Source: Oscillospiraceae bacterium (GTDB lineage: Bacteria > Bacteroidota > Bacteroidia > Bacteroidales > WCHB1-69). Taken from it: a stretch of 64,000 nucleotides of DNA. Position 1 is the first letter of the stretch; the number at the start of each line of letters is the position of its first letter. The notes beneath the pieces were generated by a model. It did no database searches, had not been told where the DNA came from, and worked only from the letters and a program-made list of their open reading frames with translations. The DNA lies in assembly GCA_963603365.1 (NCBI GenBank), contig CAVCMI010000003.1, positions 64,402-128,401 on the forward strand, written 5' to 3'. Shown here one piece after another: positions 48,339 to 56,788 of the stretch. A program made the translations under genes and the position numbers.

Positions 48339-49181
48339 CTATTTTTTTCTCAAGGAGTAGATGGTTTCATTGGGCTCGTCGAAAGTCTTGACGCGCTCCA
48401 TGAATGCGGGGTCGAACTTGCCGTCCACTTTCATGTCTCCGAGCGGGAAGAACTTCAGCGTGTTCTCTTCCATCCACTTGTTGGCCTGAACCGGGGTCAT
48501 TTTCCATCCGGAGTTGCAGTTTGAGGTGACCTCCACGAAAGAGAGGCCCTTGTTGAGTTTCTGGTTCTCGAAAGCCTTCCGGATGGCCTTTTTGCACTTG
48601 CGGGCCAACGCCGGCGTATAGACTGCCTGACGAGTGGCGTAGTAAGTGCCGGGCAGCTGGGCCAGCATCTCCGTGATTCTCATGGTGTATCCCATGATTT
48701 TGGGGTCACGGCCGTAAGGACAAGTCACGGTTTCCATGCCTTCAAGGGTAGTGGGGGCCATCTGGCCGCCGGTCATGCCGTAGATGCCGTTGTTGATGAA
48801 GATGATGGTGATGTTTTCGCCGCGGTTGCAGGCGTGCATGACCTCGCCGCATCCGATGGACGCCAAGTCGCCGTCTCCCTGATAGGAAAAGACGAAATGC
48901 TCCGGCCACAGGCGTTTGACGGCCGTTGCCACGGCAGGGGCGCGTCCGTGGGCGGCCTCTATGAAGTCAACGTCGAAATAGTTGTAGGCCAACACAGAGC
49001 ATCCTACCGGAGAGACGCCGATGGTCTTGTCCTGAATGCCCATCTCTTCGATGACTTCAGCAATGATTCTGTGAACTACGCCATGGCCGCAGCCCGGGCA
49101 ATAGTGCATGATGGCATCCGTGAGAACCGGCGTGCGTTTGTACACTAAATTTTCAGGTTTTATGATATCTTCTCTTGTCAT
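48339..49181 (-). CDS. 2-oxoacid:ferredoxin oxidoreductase beta subunit (TPP-binding)
   Basis: CPGCGHG motif and TPP-binding GDGD..IFINNGIYGMTGGQ. Confidence 0.9.
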   Translation of the reverse strand: MTREDIIKPENLVYKRTPVLTDAIMHYCPGCGHGVVHRIIAEVIEEMGIQDKTIGVSPVGCSVLAYNYFDVDFIEAAHGRAPAVATAVKRLWPEHFVFSYQGDGDLASIGCGEVMHACNRGENITIIFINNGIYGMTGGQMAPTTLEGMETVTCPYGRDPKIMGYTMRITEMLAQLPGTYYATRQAVYTPALARKCKKAIRKAFENQKLNKGLSFVEVTSNCNSGWKMTPVQANKWMEENTLKFFPLGDMKVDGKFDPAFMERVKTFDEPNETIYSLRKK

Positions 49182-49198
49182 ATCTTCAATTGATTAAT

Positions 49199-50278
49199 TT
49201 ATTTGACCATATTTTTCAAAGCCTCGAACACCTCGACAGGTGTAGGAATGACACCGCCGTAACGGCCGTAATGCTCAACGGGCACGTTGCAGTCAACGGC
49301 AAGGCGCACATCTTCAATCATCTGTCCGGCATTCATCTCAACACTCATGATCTTCTTCATGCGGTTTCCGATCTCCTTCACGGCTTTCGTCGGGAACGGC
49401 CAGAGGGTGATAGGACGCACCAGACCTACTTTGATGCCTTCGGCACGGGCCAACTCCACTGACTTCAGGCAGATACGGGCTGCGGAACCGTAAGCCACGA
49501 ACAGGTATTCAGCGTCTTCGCACTGGATTGCCTCATAGCGAGCCTCTTTCTCTTCACACTCCCTGTATTTGGCCTGTATTCTCTCGTTCACGCCTTCCTG
49601 TTTGAGCGCGTCAAGCTCAAGGGAGGTTATGATGTTGTGGTTGCGGCTTGCAGGTTTCCCCCATGCAGCCCAAGGGCATTTTTCTGCAATGTATTCGTTG
49701 CTCCAGCGAGGCTTGTAGTCGTCAACCTCAACTTTTTCCATCACCTGGCCGATGACGCCGTCGGAGAGGATGCAGGCAGGATTGCGGTACTTGTAGGCCA
49801 AGTCGAACCCGAGCTCTACAAAGTCGTACATCTCTTGTACGGATGCCGGAGCCAGCGTGATCAGCCGGTAGTCGCCGTGTCCGCCGCCTTTCGTGGTCTG
49901 GAAATAGTCGGACTGTGAAGGCTGGATGGTGCCCAGTCCGGGACCGCCGCGCACTACGTTCACGCACAAGGCGGGAAGCTCGGCGCCTGCAATATAGGAA
50001 AGCCCCTCCTGCATCAGCGAAAAACCGGGAGAGGAAGAAGAGGTCATTACGCGCTTGCCCGTGGCGGCGCCGGCATACACCATGTTGATGGACGCCAACT
50101 CGCTTTCGGCCTGAAGAACAACCATGCCGGTTGTAAGATATGGTCTTTCTGCCATCAAATGTTCGAGGACTTCACTCTGCGGAGTGATGGGGTAACCGAA
50201 ATAGCCGTCGCACCCCATTCTAATGGCAGCCTCGGCAATGGCTTGATTACCCTTCATTAATTTAAGTTCTTTTGCCAT
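49199..50278 (-). CDS. 2-oxoacid:ferredoxin oxidoreductase alpha subunit
   Basis: LMKGNQAIAEAAIRMGCDGYFGYPITPQSE is the canonical alpha-subunit N-terminus. 359 aa. Confidence 0.9.
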   Translation of the reverse strand: MAKELKLMKGNQAIAEAAIRMGCDGYFGYPITPQSEVLEHLMAERPYLTTGMVVLQAESELASINMVYAGAATGKRVMTSSSSPGFSLMQEGLSYIAGAELPALCVNVVRGGPGLGTIQPSQSDYFQTTKGGGHGDYRLITLAPASVQEMYDFVELGFDLAYKYRNPACILSDGVIGQVMEKVEVDDYKPRWSNEYIAEKCPWAAWGKPASRNHNIITSLELDALKQEGVNERIQAKYRECEEKEARYEAIQCEDAEYLFVAYGSAARICLKSVELARAEGIKVGLVRPITLWPFPTKAVKEIGNRMKKIMSVEMNAGQMIEDVRLAVDCNVPVEHYGRYGGVIPTPVEVFEALKNMVK

Positions 50279-50339
50279 TTTAAAATCGTTTAAATGTTAA
50301 TTGTTGATTTAATACTGAGTTGAAAAAAAAAGGATTGGA

Positions 50340-50561
50340 TTACTCTTTGGCGCGGTAAACTTCGATGACGCCGTCAGGGCAAATCACTGCGCAACTGGCG
50401 CAGCCAATGCAAGCATCCTCGTTTACTGTTTCCAGGTAATTGTAACCCTTCGCGTTCACATGTTTGGACAGCGCGATGCAGCTGTTGGGACATCCGGTGA
50501 TGCATACCCCACAACCCTTGCACTTGTCCGTGTCAATGATTAAAGCTCCTTTAAATGCCAT
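50340..50561 (-). CDS. 4Fe-4S dicluster ferredoxin-type delta subunit
   Basis: Start at MAFKGALIIDTDKCKGCGVC. Two CxxCxxCxxxCP motifs. 73 aa from the internal ATG; the longer track ORF runs across the promoter region. Confidence 0.8.
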   Translation of the reverse strand: MAFKGALIIDTDKCKGCGVCITGCPNSCIALSKHVNAKGYNYLETVNEDACIGCASCAVICPDGVIEVYRAKE

Positions 50562-50633
50562 AAGTTTTTGATTTAACAAGTTATTAAATTGGTTGTTAGT
50601 TGTTATTTCTGTATTTTCTTTTTTTAGAAAGCG

Positions 50634-50641
50634 CAAACATA
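50634..50641 (-). promoter_or_regulatory. -7 box TATGTTTG for the oxidoreductase operon
   Basis: The plus strand reads caaacata, about 70 nt upstream of ATG 50561. Confidence 0.4.
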
Positions 50642-50834
50642 CGATTTTTTCAGCAATCGCGCAATGCGTTTTTTTCAACTTCACGGATTGTCCGAAATGA
50701 TGAAAAACAATGCCGCTTCCGAGAGGCTCGCCCGATCCCTGACATCATCCCTGCTTTTCCACGCCAGACACCATAAAACCTGTGCAGTGTGTTTTAAAAT
50801 GTGTTTCAGGACAGCAGGTCAGCCGTTTTTTTTC

Positions 50835-50842
50835 TATTTTTG
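50835..50842 (+). promoter_or_regulatory. -7 box TATTTTTG for the DUF349 gene
   Basis: 46 nt upstream of ATG 50888. Confidence 0.45.
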
Positions 50843-50887
50843 CGCCCTGATTATTAACCACCTATTACTATTCATTAAAATAATCTT

Positions 50888-53113
50888 ATGGAACAACAAG
50901 ATTTTCTTTCTCAAGAGAATGTCGAGATGCAGCCTCAAGAGATGAATCCCGGGACTTCAGCAGAAGTTCAAAATGCTATGCCTCAAGAAACTTCTACACC
51001 TGAAGAGGATACTGTTAATGTTGAAGAGCCTGTGGACTGCGCTGAACAGGTCGATCCGGAACAGCCTGCCTTGGCAGCAGAGCCTGCCCCGGCAGCAGAT
51101 CCGGCACAGGAAACCGTGAAACAAGAGCCTGCCGAGGAAAAGTCGGCAGAAGAGATTGCCGCCGAAATTGAACGCCAGCAGAATGTGACAGAGCCGGAGT
51201 CCGAGCCGGAGTCTGAAAACGAACCCGCAGAAACGCTGGAACAGATAGAAACCGAATATGCCTCCCTTAACCTTGAACAGTGCGTGTCAGAACTCGAACG
51301 CCTGGTCGATGGCCCTGATGTCAATGCCATTAAGCAAAGGGTAGGCGTGCTTCGCTCAAGAATCATTGACTTCTTGAAGGAAAGAAGACGCGAGGCCGTG
51401 GCCGCCTATAATGCCGCCAAGGCAGCAGCCGAAGCAAAGTCCGCCGAAACCCCCGAAGAACCCGTTGCCGAACCTGAAGCGCCCTCCAATGAGCCCGACG
51501 AGACTGAACTCCGCTTCAACAAGGCTTTCCAGAAATTCAAGGACGCCAAAGCCAAGTTCGTCGAGGAACTGGAAGCCCAGAAACTGAAAAACTTTGACGC
51601 CAAGAAGCAGATCATTGAAGGTCTCCGTAACCTCGTAGAGACGGAATCTAACCTTAAGGTGCTGAACGACAAATTCAAGGAGTTTCAGGAGGCTTGGAAA
51701 AACATAGGCCCGGTGCCGCAAGCCGAGTCGACGAACCTTTGGCAGAACTACCATTTCTATGTTGAGAAGTTCTTTGACATCCTCAGGATGAACAAGGAGA
51801 TGCGCGCACTGGACCTTAAGAAGAACCTCGAAAGCAAACTCGAACTCTGCGAGAAAGCCGAGTCTCTGCTGCTCGTCGATTCTATCAACCAGTCGTTCAA
51901 GGAACTCCAAAGCCTCCACGAACAGTGGAAGGAGATCGGCCCTGTGCCCGAAGAGAAAAAAGAAGAGGTGTGGGAACGCTTCAAGTCCGCGTCCGACCAG
52001 ATCAACGCCAGAAGGAAAGAGTTCTATGACAGGTTGTTTGCCGAAGAACAGAACAACTATAATGCCAAGGTCGTCCTTTGCGAACAGGCAGAAGAAGCCG
52101 TGTCCAATATTTCTGGTTCGCTTAAGGAGTACAACAGCATCAGCGACAAGCTGACCGAACTGCTGACGGTGTGGAAAACGCTCGGGCCGGCTCCCGCAAA
52201 ACTGAACGATGAAATCTGGAACCGCTTCAAGTCCACGCTCGACAAGTTCTTTGCCGCCAAGAAAGAGTATTTCCAGAACATCAAGGAGACGCAGACACAG
52301 AATTACAACAAGAAACTGAACCTCGTGCTGCAGGCGGAGGGCATCGCCGACCGTACCGACTGGAAACAGGCAACCGAAGAGATGCTTAAGCTCCAAGCCG
52401 AATGGAAGACCATCGGCACGATACCGCGCAAGTATTCCGACCAGGTCTGGAAACGCTTCAGAGCCGCGTGCGACAAGTTCTTTGAGGCCAAATCGAATTA
52501 TTTCAAGAATGTTCAAGAGGTTGAAAACGTGAATCTCAAGAAAAAAGAGGAACTTGTCCAGAAGATCCTTGCCCATGAGTTCGGCGACGACCGCGCTGCC
52601 AATATGGAGGTGCTGAAGGCCTACCAGAACGAATGGATCGAAATAGGATTTGTTCCCAAAAAAGAGAAAGACAAGATCTATGCACAGTACCGGGAGGCGC
52701 TCGACAAACGCTTCGCCGAACTCAAGATCAGTGCCGATGATCTGCGCCATACCCGCTTCCAGTCACGGATTGACAATATCCTCAACAGCCCTGATGCCAG
52801 CAAGATGATCGACAGGGAGAAGAACAACCTCCGCAACCGCCTGAACCAGCTTCGCGAAGATATCCCGCTGTGGGAAAACAACCTCGGTTTCTTTGCAAAT
52901 TCGAAAAACGCCGAAATTGTCACCGCAGAGTTCCGCAAAAAGATAGAGGCCGCCAAAGCCGAAGCCAAGGATCTTGAATACAAGCTGGCTATGATGAACC
53001 GCTCGCAAAAGAAAGAGCAAAAGGCTGCAAAACAAGACGAAACACAAACTGACCAGTCAGCCTCGGCTGACCAGTCTGCCCCGGCTGACAAGTCAGCCCC
53101 GGCGGCTGAATAG
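50888..53113 (+). CDS. DUF349-repeat protein with acidic/Pro-rich N-terminus
   Basis: About seven repeats of the DUF349 signature (..W..IGP.P....E.LW.RF..A.D.FF..). The N-terminal ~100 aa are low-complexity E/P/A-rich. The C-terminal tail is repetitive. Confidence 0.8.
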   Translation: MEQQDFLSQENVEMQPQEMNPGTSAEVQNAMPQETSTPEEDTVNVEEPVDCAEQVDPEQPALAAEPAPAADPAQETVKQEPAEEKSAEEIAAEIERQQNVTEPESEPESENEPAETLEQIETEYASLNLEQCVSELERLVDGPDVNAIKQRVGVLRSRIIDFLKERRREAVAAYNAAKAAAEAKSAETPEEPVAEPEAPSNEPDETELRFNKAFQKFKDAKAKFVEELEAQKLKNFDAKKQIIEGLRNLVETESNLKVLNDKFKEFQEAWKNIGPVPQAESTNLWQNYHFYVEKFFDILRMNKEMRALDLKKNLESKLELCEKAESLLLVDSINQSFKELQSLHEQWKEIGPVPEEKKEEVWERFKSASDQINARRKEFYDRLFAEEQNNYNAKVVLCEQAEEAVSNISGSLKEYNSISDKLTELLTVWKTLGPAPAKLNDEIWNRFKSTLDKFFAAKKEYFQNIKETQTQNYNKKLNLVLQAEGIADRTDWKQATEEMLKLQAEWKTIGTIPRKYSDQVWKRFRAACDKFFEAKSNYFKNVQEVENVNLKKKEELVQKILAHEFGDDRAANMEVLKAYQNEWIEIGFVPKKEKDKIYAQYREALDKRFAELKISADDLRHTRFQSRIDNILNSPDASKMIDREKNNLRNRLNQLREDIPLWENNLGFFANSKNAEIVTAEFRKKIEAAKAEAKDLEYKLAMMNRSQKKEQKAAKQDETQTDQSASADQSAPADKSAPAAE
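53051..53104 (+). repeat. 18-nt tandem repeat x3 encoding DQSASA / DQSAPA / DKSAPA at the DUF349 C-terminus
   Basis: gaccagtcagcctcggct / gaccagtctgccccggct / gacaagtcagccccggcg. Confidence 0.85.
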
Positions 53114-53141
53114 CTTGGTTGATCAATAAAGGTTTGCAATT

Positions 53142-53168
53142 AGGGGCATCTCATTGAGATGCCCCTTT
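53142..53168 (+). terminator. hairpin terminator after the DUF349 gene
   Basis: aggggcatctc-att-gagatgcccct followed by tt. Confidence 0.65.
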
Positions 53169-53281
53169 CCCTATTTATGTAGTATGGTGTCTGATTTATG
53201 GCGATGAACAGAATGCCGCGACGAATGCCACGGCATTCGTAACCGTGCCGCCAATGGTCAGGATGCTGTGGCGACGCTCTG

Positions 53282-54340
53282 TTAGCGGTTTCCGTACATC
53301 TTGCGGTAATACTCGACGTATGCGCCTGAAGTGACGTGGTCGAACCACGCCTCGTTCCCGAGATACCAATCGACGGTTTTCTCGAAGCCTTCGTCAAACT
53401 GGACGTTCGGTTTCCATCCCAGTTCTCGCTGTATCTTTGACGAGTCGATGGCATACCGCAAGTCGTGTCCGGCACGGTCGGTGACGTAGGTGATCAGGCG
53501 CTCTGATGTGCCGGCAGGTCTCCCGAGCTTGCGGTCCATTATTTCTGTCAGTTTGCGGATGAGGTCGATGTTGCGCCACTCATTGTTGCCGCCGATATTG
53601 TAGGTGGAACCGGGCTCTGCCTTGTGGTAAATCAGGTCAATGGCTTCCGCATGGTCTTCAACGTAGAGCCAGTCGCGCACATTGATGCCCTTTCCATAGA
53701 CGGGCAGCGGTTTGTTATGCTTTATGTTGTTGATGAACAAGGGTATCAGTTTTTCAGGAAACTGGTTGGGCCCGTAGTTGTTCGAGCAGTTGGAGATGAC
53801 GGTCGGCATCCCGTAGGTGTCATGGTAGGCGCGCACAAAATGGTCAGCGCTGGCTTTTGCGGCAGAGTAGGGGCTGTGCGGATTGTAAGGGGTGGTCTCC
53901 GTGAAGAATCCGGTGTCTCCTAACGCGCCGTAAACCTCGTCGGTTGAAATCTGGTAAAACTTCCTGTTCTCCCAGTTGCCGTTCCAGACGGCGCGGGCAG
54001 CATTCAGAAGGTTGACGGTGCCGACCACGTTCGTGAGGACGAATTGCATGGGGTTGGTGATGGAACGGTCCACATGCGATTCGGCCGCAAGGTGGATGAC
54101 CCCGTCAAACTGACGGCTTCGGAAAAGCTCGAGCAGGAAATCCCCGTCTTCGATGTCGCCCTTTACGAAATGATAGTTCGGGCGGCTCTCAATGTCGGTA
54201 AGGTTTTCAAGATTGCCGGCGTAGGTCAGTTTGTCAAGATTGTAAATGTCGTAGCCGGGATACTTGTTTACAAAACGCCGTACGACGTGGGAACCGATGA
54301 ATCCGGCGCCGCCAGTGACCAATATTGTTTTTGACGACAT
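53282..54340 (-). CDS. rfbB: dTDP-glucose 4,6-dehydratase
   Basis: ILVTGGAGFIGSH Rossmann segment, YSAAKASADH catalytic YxxxK, and overall RfbB blocks. 352 aa. Confidence 0.93.
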   Translation of the reverse strand: MSSKTILVTGGAGFIGSHVVRRFVNKYPGYDIYNLDKLTYAGNLENLTDIESRPNYHFVKGDIEDGDFLLELFRSRQFDGVIHLAAESHVDRSITNPMQFVLTNVVGTVNLLNAARAVWNGNWENRKFYQISTDEVYGALGDTGFFTETTPYNPHSPYSAAKASADHFVRAYHDTYGMPTVISNCSNNYGPNQFPEKLIPLFINNIKHNKPLPVYGKGINVRDWLYVEDHAEAIDLIYHKAEPGSTYNIGGNNEWRNIDLIRKLTEIMDRKLGRPAGTSERLITYVTDRAGHDLRYAIDSSKIQRELGWKPNVQFDEGFEKTVDWYLGNEAWFDHVTSGAYVEYYRKMYGNR

Positions 54341-54429
54341 AGTGTTCTCTATTTTTTGGTTAGTTGTAATTCACTTCATGTTTGACAGATGGCGAATATG
54401 TCAACAGACGAAGTGTGCAATTGTTGTTA

Positions 54430-55647
54430 TTATTGTCTGCTATAAGATGTATAAGACGATAAAATGTTTTCTGCCAATGCTTTAAGGTCTGTCATCTGTT
54501 CTTCTTTCAACGATGACTTCAGGGTTACGACAGGTTTAAGCACGGGGCAGTTTGTCAAGGTGTCCAGGATTTTGAGCATGGCTTGTGCTGACTTTGGCGA
54601 CCAGGTGCCGTTTTCGATGAGGGCAAAGGTGCGGTTCTGAAGTTGGTGCGCCTGCAAGTCGAGCAGCAAGGTTTCCATAGGCGGGAAAAGTCCGTTGTTG
54701 TACGTCGGGGCGGCGAGCACGATGTGTCTGCTGCGGAATGCCTCCGCTACCAGACAGGAGACATGTGTGGCGGACACGTCATACATTCGGATGTCCGTAA
54801 CGCCTGCATCTGCCAACATGTTGGCCAATACGGTGGCTGCGGATGCCGTGTGGCCGTATGGAGATCCATAAAAGATTGCTATGCCTTCCGTTTCGGGAGT
54901 GTAGGTGCTCCAGAGCTGGTGTTTTCCGATGTAGTAGCCGATGTCTTCACGCCAAACAGGACCGTGCAGCGGGCAGACCATTTTGATGTCGAGCGCAGCG
55001 GCTTTTTGGAGGACTTTCTCGACATTGGGCCCGTATTTGCCCACAATGTTGGTGTAATAACGGCGCGCGTCGTCCAGCCAGTCGCGGTCAAAGTTGACCT
55101 CATCGGCAAAAAGGTTCCCGCTGAGTGCGCCGAATGTGCCGAATGCATCTGCCGAGAAGAGTATTTTCTCGGTCGACTCGTATGAGACCAGCACTTCTGG
55201 CCAGTGTACCATTGGAGCGGCCACAAAGGTGAATGTGTGCTTCCCTGTCGTCAAGGTGTCGCCCTCTTTTACGACGAGCGGTGCGGTTTGGAATGGCATG
55301 TCGAAGAACTGTCCGATGAATTTGGCTGCGTGCGCGCTGCAGACAAGGCGCGTCTCGGGATGACGACGGATTACGGCGGCCGTCATGGCCAGATGGTCGG
55401 GCTCAACATGATGGACGACCAGATAGTCGAGGGGGCGTCCGTCCAAGGTCGACTCCAGGTTCTCAAGGAACTGCTCGCCAACGGCATTGTCCACCGTGTC
55501 CAACAGAACGGTCTGCTCGTCAAGAAGCAGGTATGCGTTGTAGGAGACGCCGCGCGGAACGGGCATGACGTTCTCAAATAGCGCGAGCCTTCGGTCGGAG
55601 GCTCCTATGTAATAAAGGTTTTCTTTGATTTGCCTTGCAGTTGTCAT
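54430..55647 (-). CDS. FprA-family flavodiiron protein (metallo-beta-lactamase-like + flavodoxin domains)
   Basis: Diiron motif VVHHVEPDH. C-terminal flavodoxin-like domain (IAIFYGSPYGHT). 405 aa. Confidence 0.88.
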   Translation of the reverse strand: MTTARQIKENLYYIGASDRRLALFENVMPVPRGVSYNAYLLLDEQTVLLDTVDNAVGEQFLENLESTLDGRPLDYLVVHHVEPDHLAMTAAVIRRHPETRLVCSAHAAKFIGQFFDMPFQTAPLVVKEGDTLTTGKHTFTFVAAPMVHWPEVLVSYESTEKILFSADAFGTFGALSGNLFADEVNFDRDWLDDARRYYTNIVGKYGPNVEKVLQKAAALDIKMVCPLHGPVWREDIGYYIGKHQLWSTYTPETEGIAIFYGSPYGHTASAATVLANMLADAGVTDIRMYDVSATHVSCLVAEAFRSRHIVLAAPTYNNGLFPPMETLLLDLQAHQLQNRTFALIENGTWSPKSAQAMLKILDTLTNCPVLKPVVTLKSSLKEEQMTDLKALAENILSSYTSYSRQ

Positions 55648-55686
55648 GATGATGCTGATTTTGTTGTTGAAATGTGTTGATTTGTT

Positions 55687-56115
55687 TTATTTGTTTTGAA
55701 TATTGTCTTTCCCGGTCTTGGTCCCGGCGAGGTCGCTGTTCTCTTTCTTCAGCACAAAGACCTCAAAAGCGGAATAGAGGAAATAGATGATGATGAATGA
55801 AATGGCGAACCGGAGGGCGTCGGGTCTGTTCAGGACCATATAGAGCGTGAGGAAAAGCAGGCATGATAACAACTTGACCACACGCGACAGCAGATAGTTG
55901 GATACGAAACGCTGGCTGGTCTTGCCATGGTCGTCGCGCAGCACGATGTAGATGGCAAACAAGGTGACGGCAAAGAAAAAGAGAATGATGAACGGCAATG
56001 CGGGGCTGGCATATTCGGGGCAAAGCCATTGGAACAGGACGGAAAGCCCGGCGATTGCCGCAGAGAACACAATGATGCGGAAGGAGAATTTCTTAATGGG
56101 TATTTTTTTGCTCAT
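55687..56115 (-). CDS. hypothetical four-TM membrane protein
   Basis: 142 aa. Its start overlaps the stop of the AtpZ-like gene (ATGA at 56112-56115). No family recognised. Confidence 0.45.
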   Translation of the reverse strand: MSKKIPIKKFSFRIIVFSAAIAGLSVLFQWLCPEYASPALPFIILFFFAVTLFAIYIVLRDDHGKTSQRFVSNYLLSRVVKLLSCLLFLTLYMVLNRPDALRFAISFIIIYFLYSAFEVFVLKKENSDLAGTKTGKDNIQNK

Positions 56116-56354
56116 CTGTTGTTTTTTGTCTTTTTTTTTGGCAGTGTTTTCTTTATCAACAAATACATCGAAAGCGCAACGCCAGCCAGCGAGAGCACCA
56201 CCGTAAGCAGGGGGGAAGTGCCCGCCAGCTTGTCGAGTTTGATGCCTCCGAAGACACCTGCAGCTATGAGTGCGGCCATCTCGAAGCCTAAATTGGAATA
56301 ATAGGCATACCGGTGCAGTGCGTTGTCTCGTTCGGGCGGCTTCTTGTCAGCCAT
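56112..56354 (-). CDS. AtpZ/AtpI-family small membrane protein
   Basis: 80 aa. ..YSNLGFEMAALIAAGVFGGIKLD.. two-helix pattern typical of AtpZ/AtpI-like proteins. Confidence 0.65.
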   Translation of the reverse strand: MADKKPPERDNALHRYAYYSNLGFEMAALIAAGVFGGIKLDKLAGTSPLLTVVLSLAGVALSMYLLIKKTLPKKKTKNNR

Positions 56355-56363
56355 TTGCCGGTG

Positions 56364-56750
56364 CTATTTTCCGGGTTGTGCAGCGCTTGTGACCGGGGCG
56401 CTTTTCTGGCTTTGCATCCTGCATGTGCCGGAAAACTCTGCGCCGGGCTCGATGGCGATTTTGCCGGCGATGATGTTGCCCGTAATGTTGGCGGTGGATT
56501 TCAGGGAAATGAGGTTCGCCACATTCAGGGATTCTGTTTTTACGGAGCCTTCAATGTCAATGTTGGCGCAGGTGATGTTGCCCTCAACTTTGCCGTTGCG
56601 TCCGATGATGGCTTTGGACTTGGACACGATGTTGCCTTTCACGGTGCCGTCAATGCGGATGTCTCCGTTGGTGGCGATGTTGCCTTCGAGCATGGTGCCG
56701 TCGGCGATGATATTAACGGATCCGGTTTCTCTGGGTTCTATTTCTTTCAT
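56364..56750 (-). CDS. bactofilin (polymer-forming cytoskeletal protein)
   Basis: Beta-helical repeats (GTMLEGNIATNGDIRIDGTVKGNIVSKSKAIIGRNGKVEGNI..). 128 aa. Confidence 0.85.
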   Translation of the reverse strand: MKEIEPRETGSVNIIADGTMLEGNIATNGDIRIDGTVKGNIVSKSKAIIGRNGKVEGNITCANIDIEGSVKTESLNVANLISLKSTANITGNIIAGKIAIEPGAEFSGTCRMQSQKSAPVTSAAQPGK

Positions 56751-56788
56751 AATTGCGTGTTGTTGTATGTTATGGCTATATATTGATG

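Noticed and set aside
51356-52750. Long antisense ORFs inside well-supported genes. Examples: 464 aa opposite the DUF349 gene; 4101-4988 opposite glnS; 10354-11283 opposite hutU; 14731-15642 opposite floA; 25518-26108 opposite atpA; 30001-30906 opposite DUF2851; 45632-46594 opposite the MORN gene; 47772-48524 opposite the gamma subunit; 58226-59305 opposite porW.
   Set aside because: Each lies fully within a gene that has strong family signatures on the other strand. Their translations are low-complexity (V/G/R/L/F-rich) with no recognisable motifs. They lack promoter boxes. This is typical shadow-ORF behaviour caused by codon bias and repeats.
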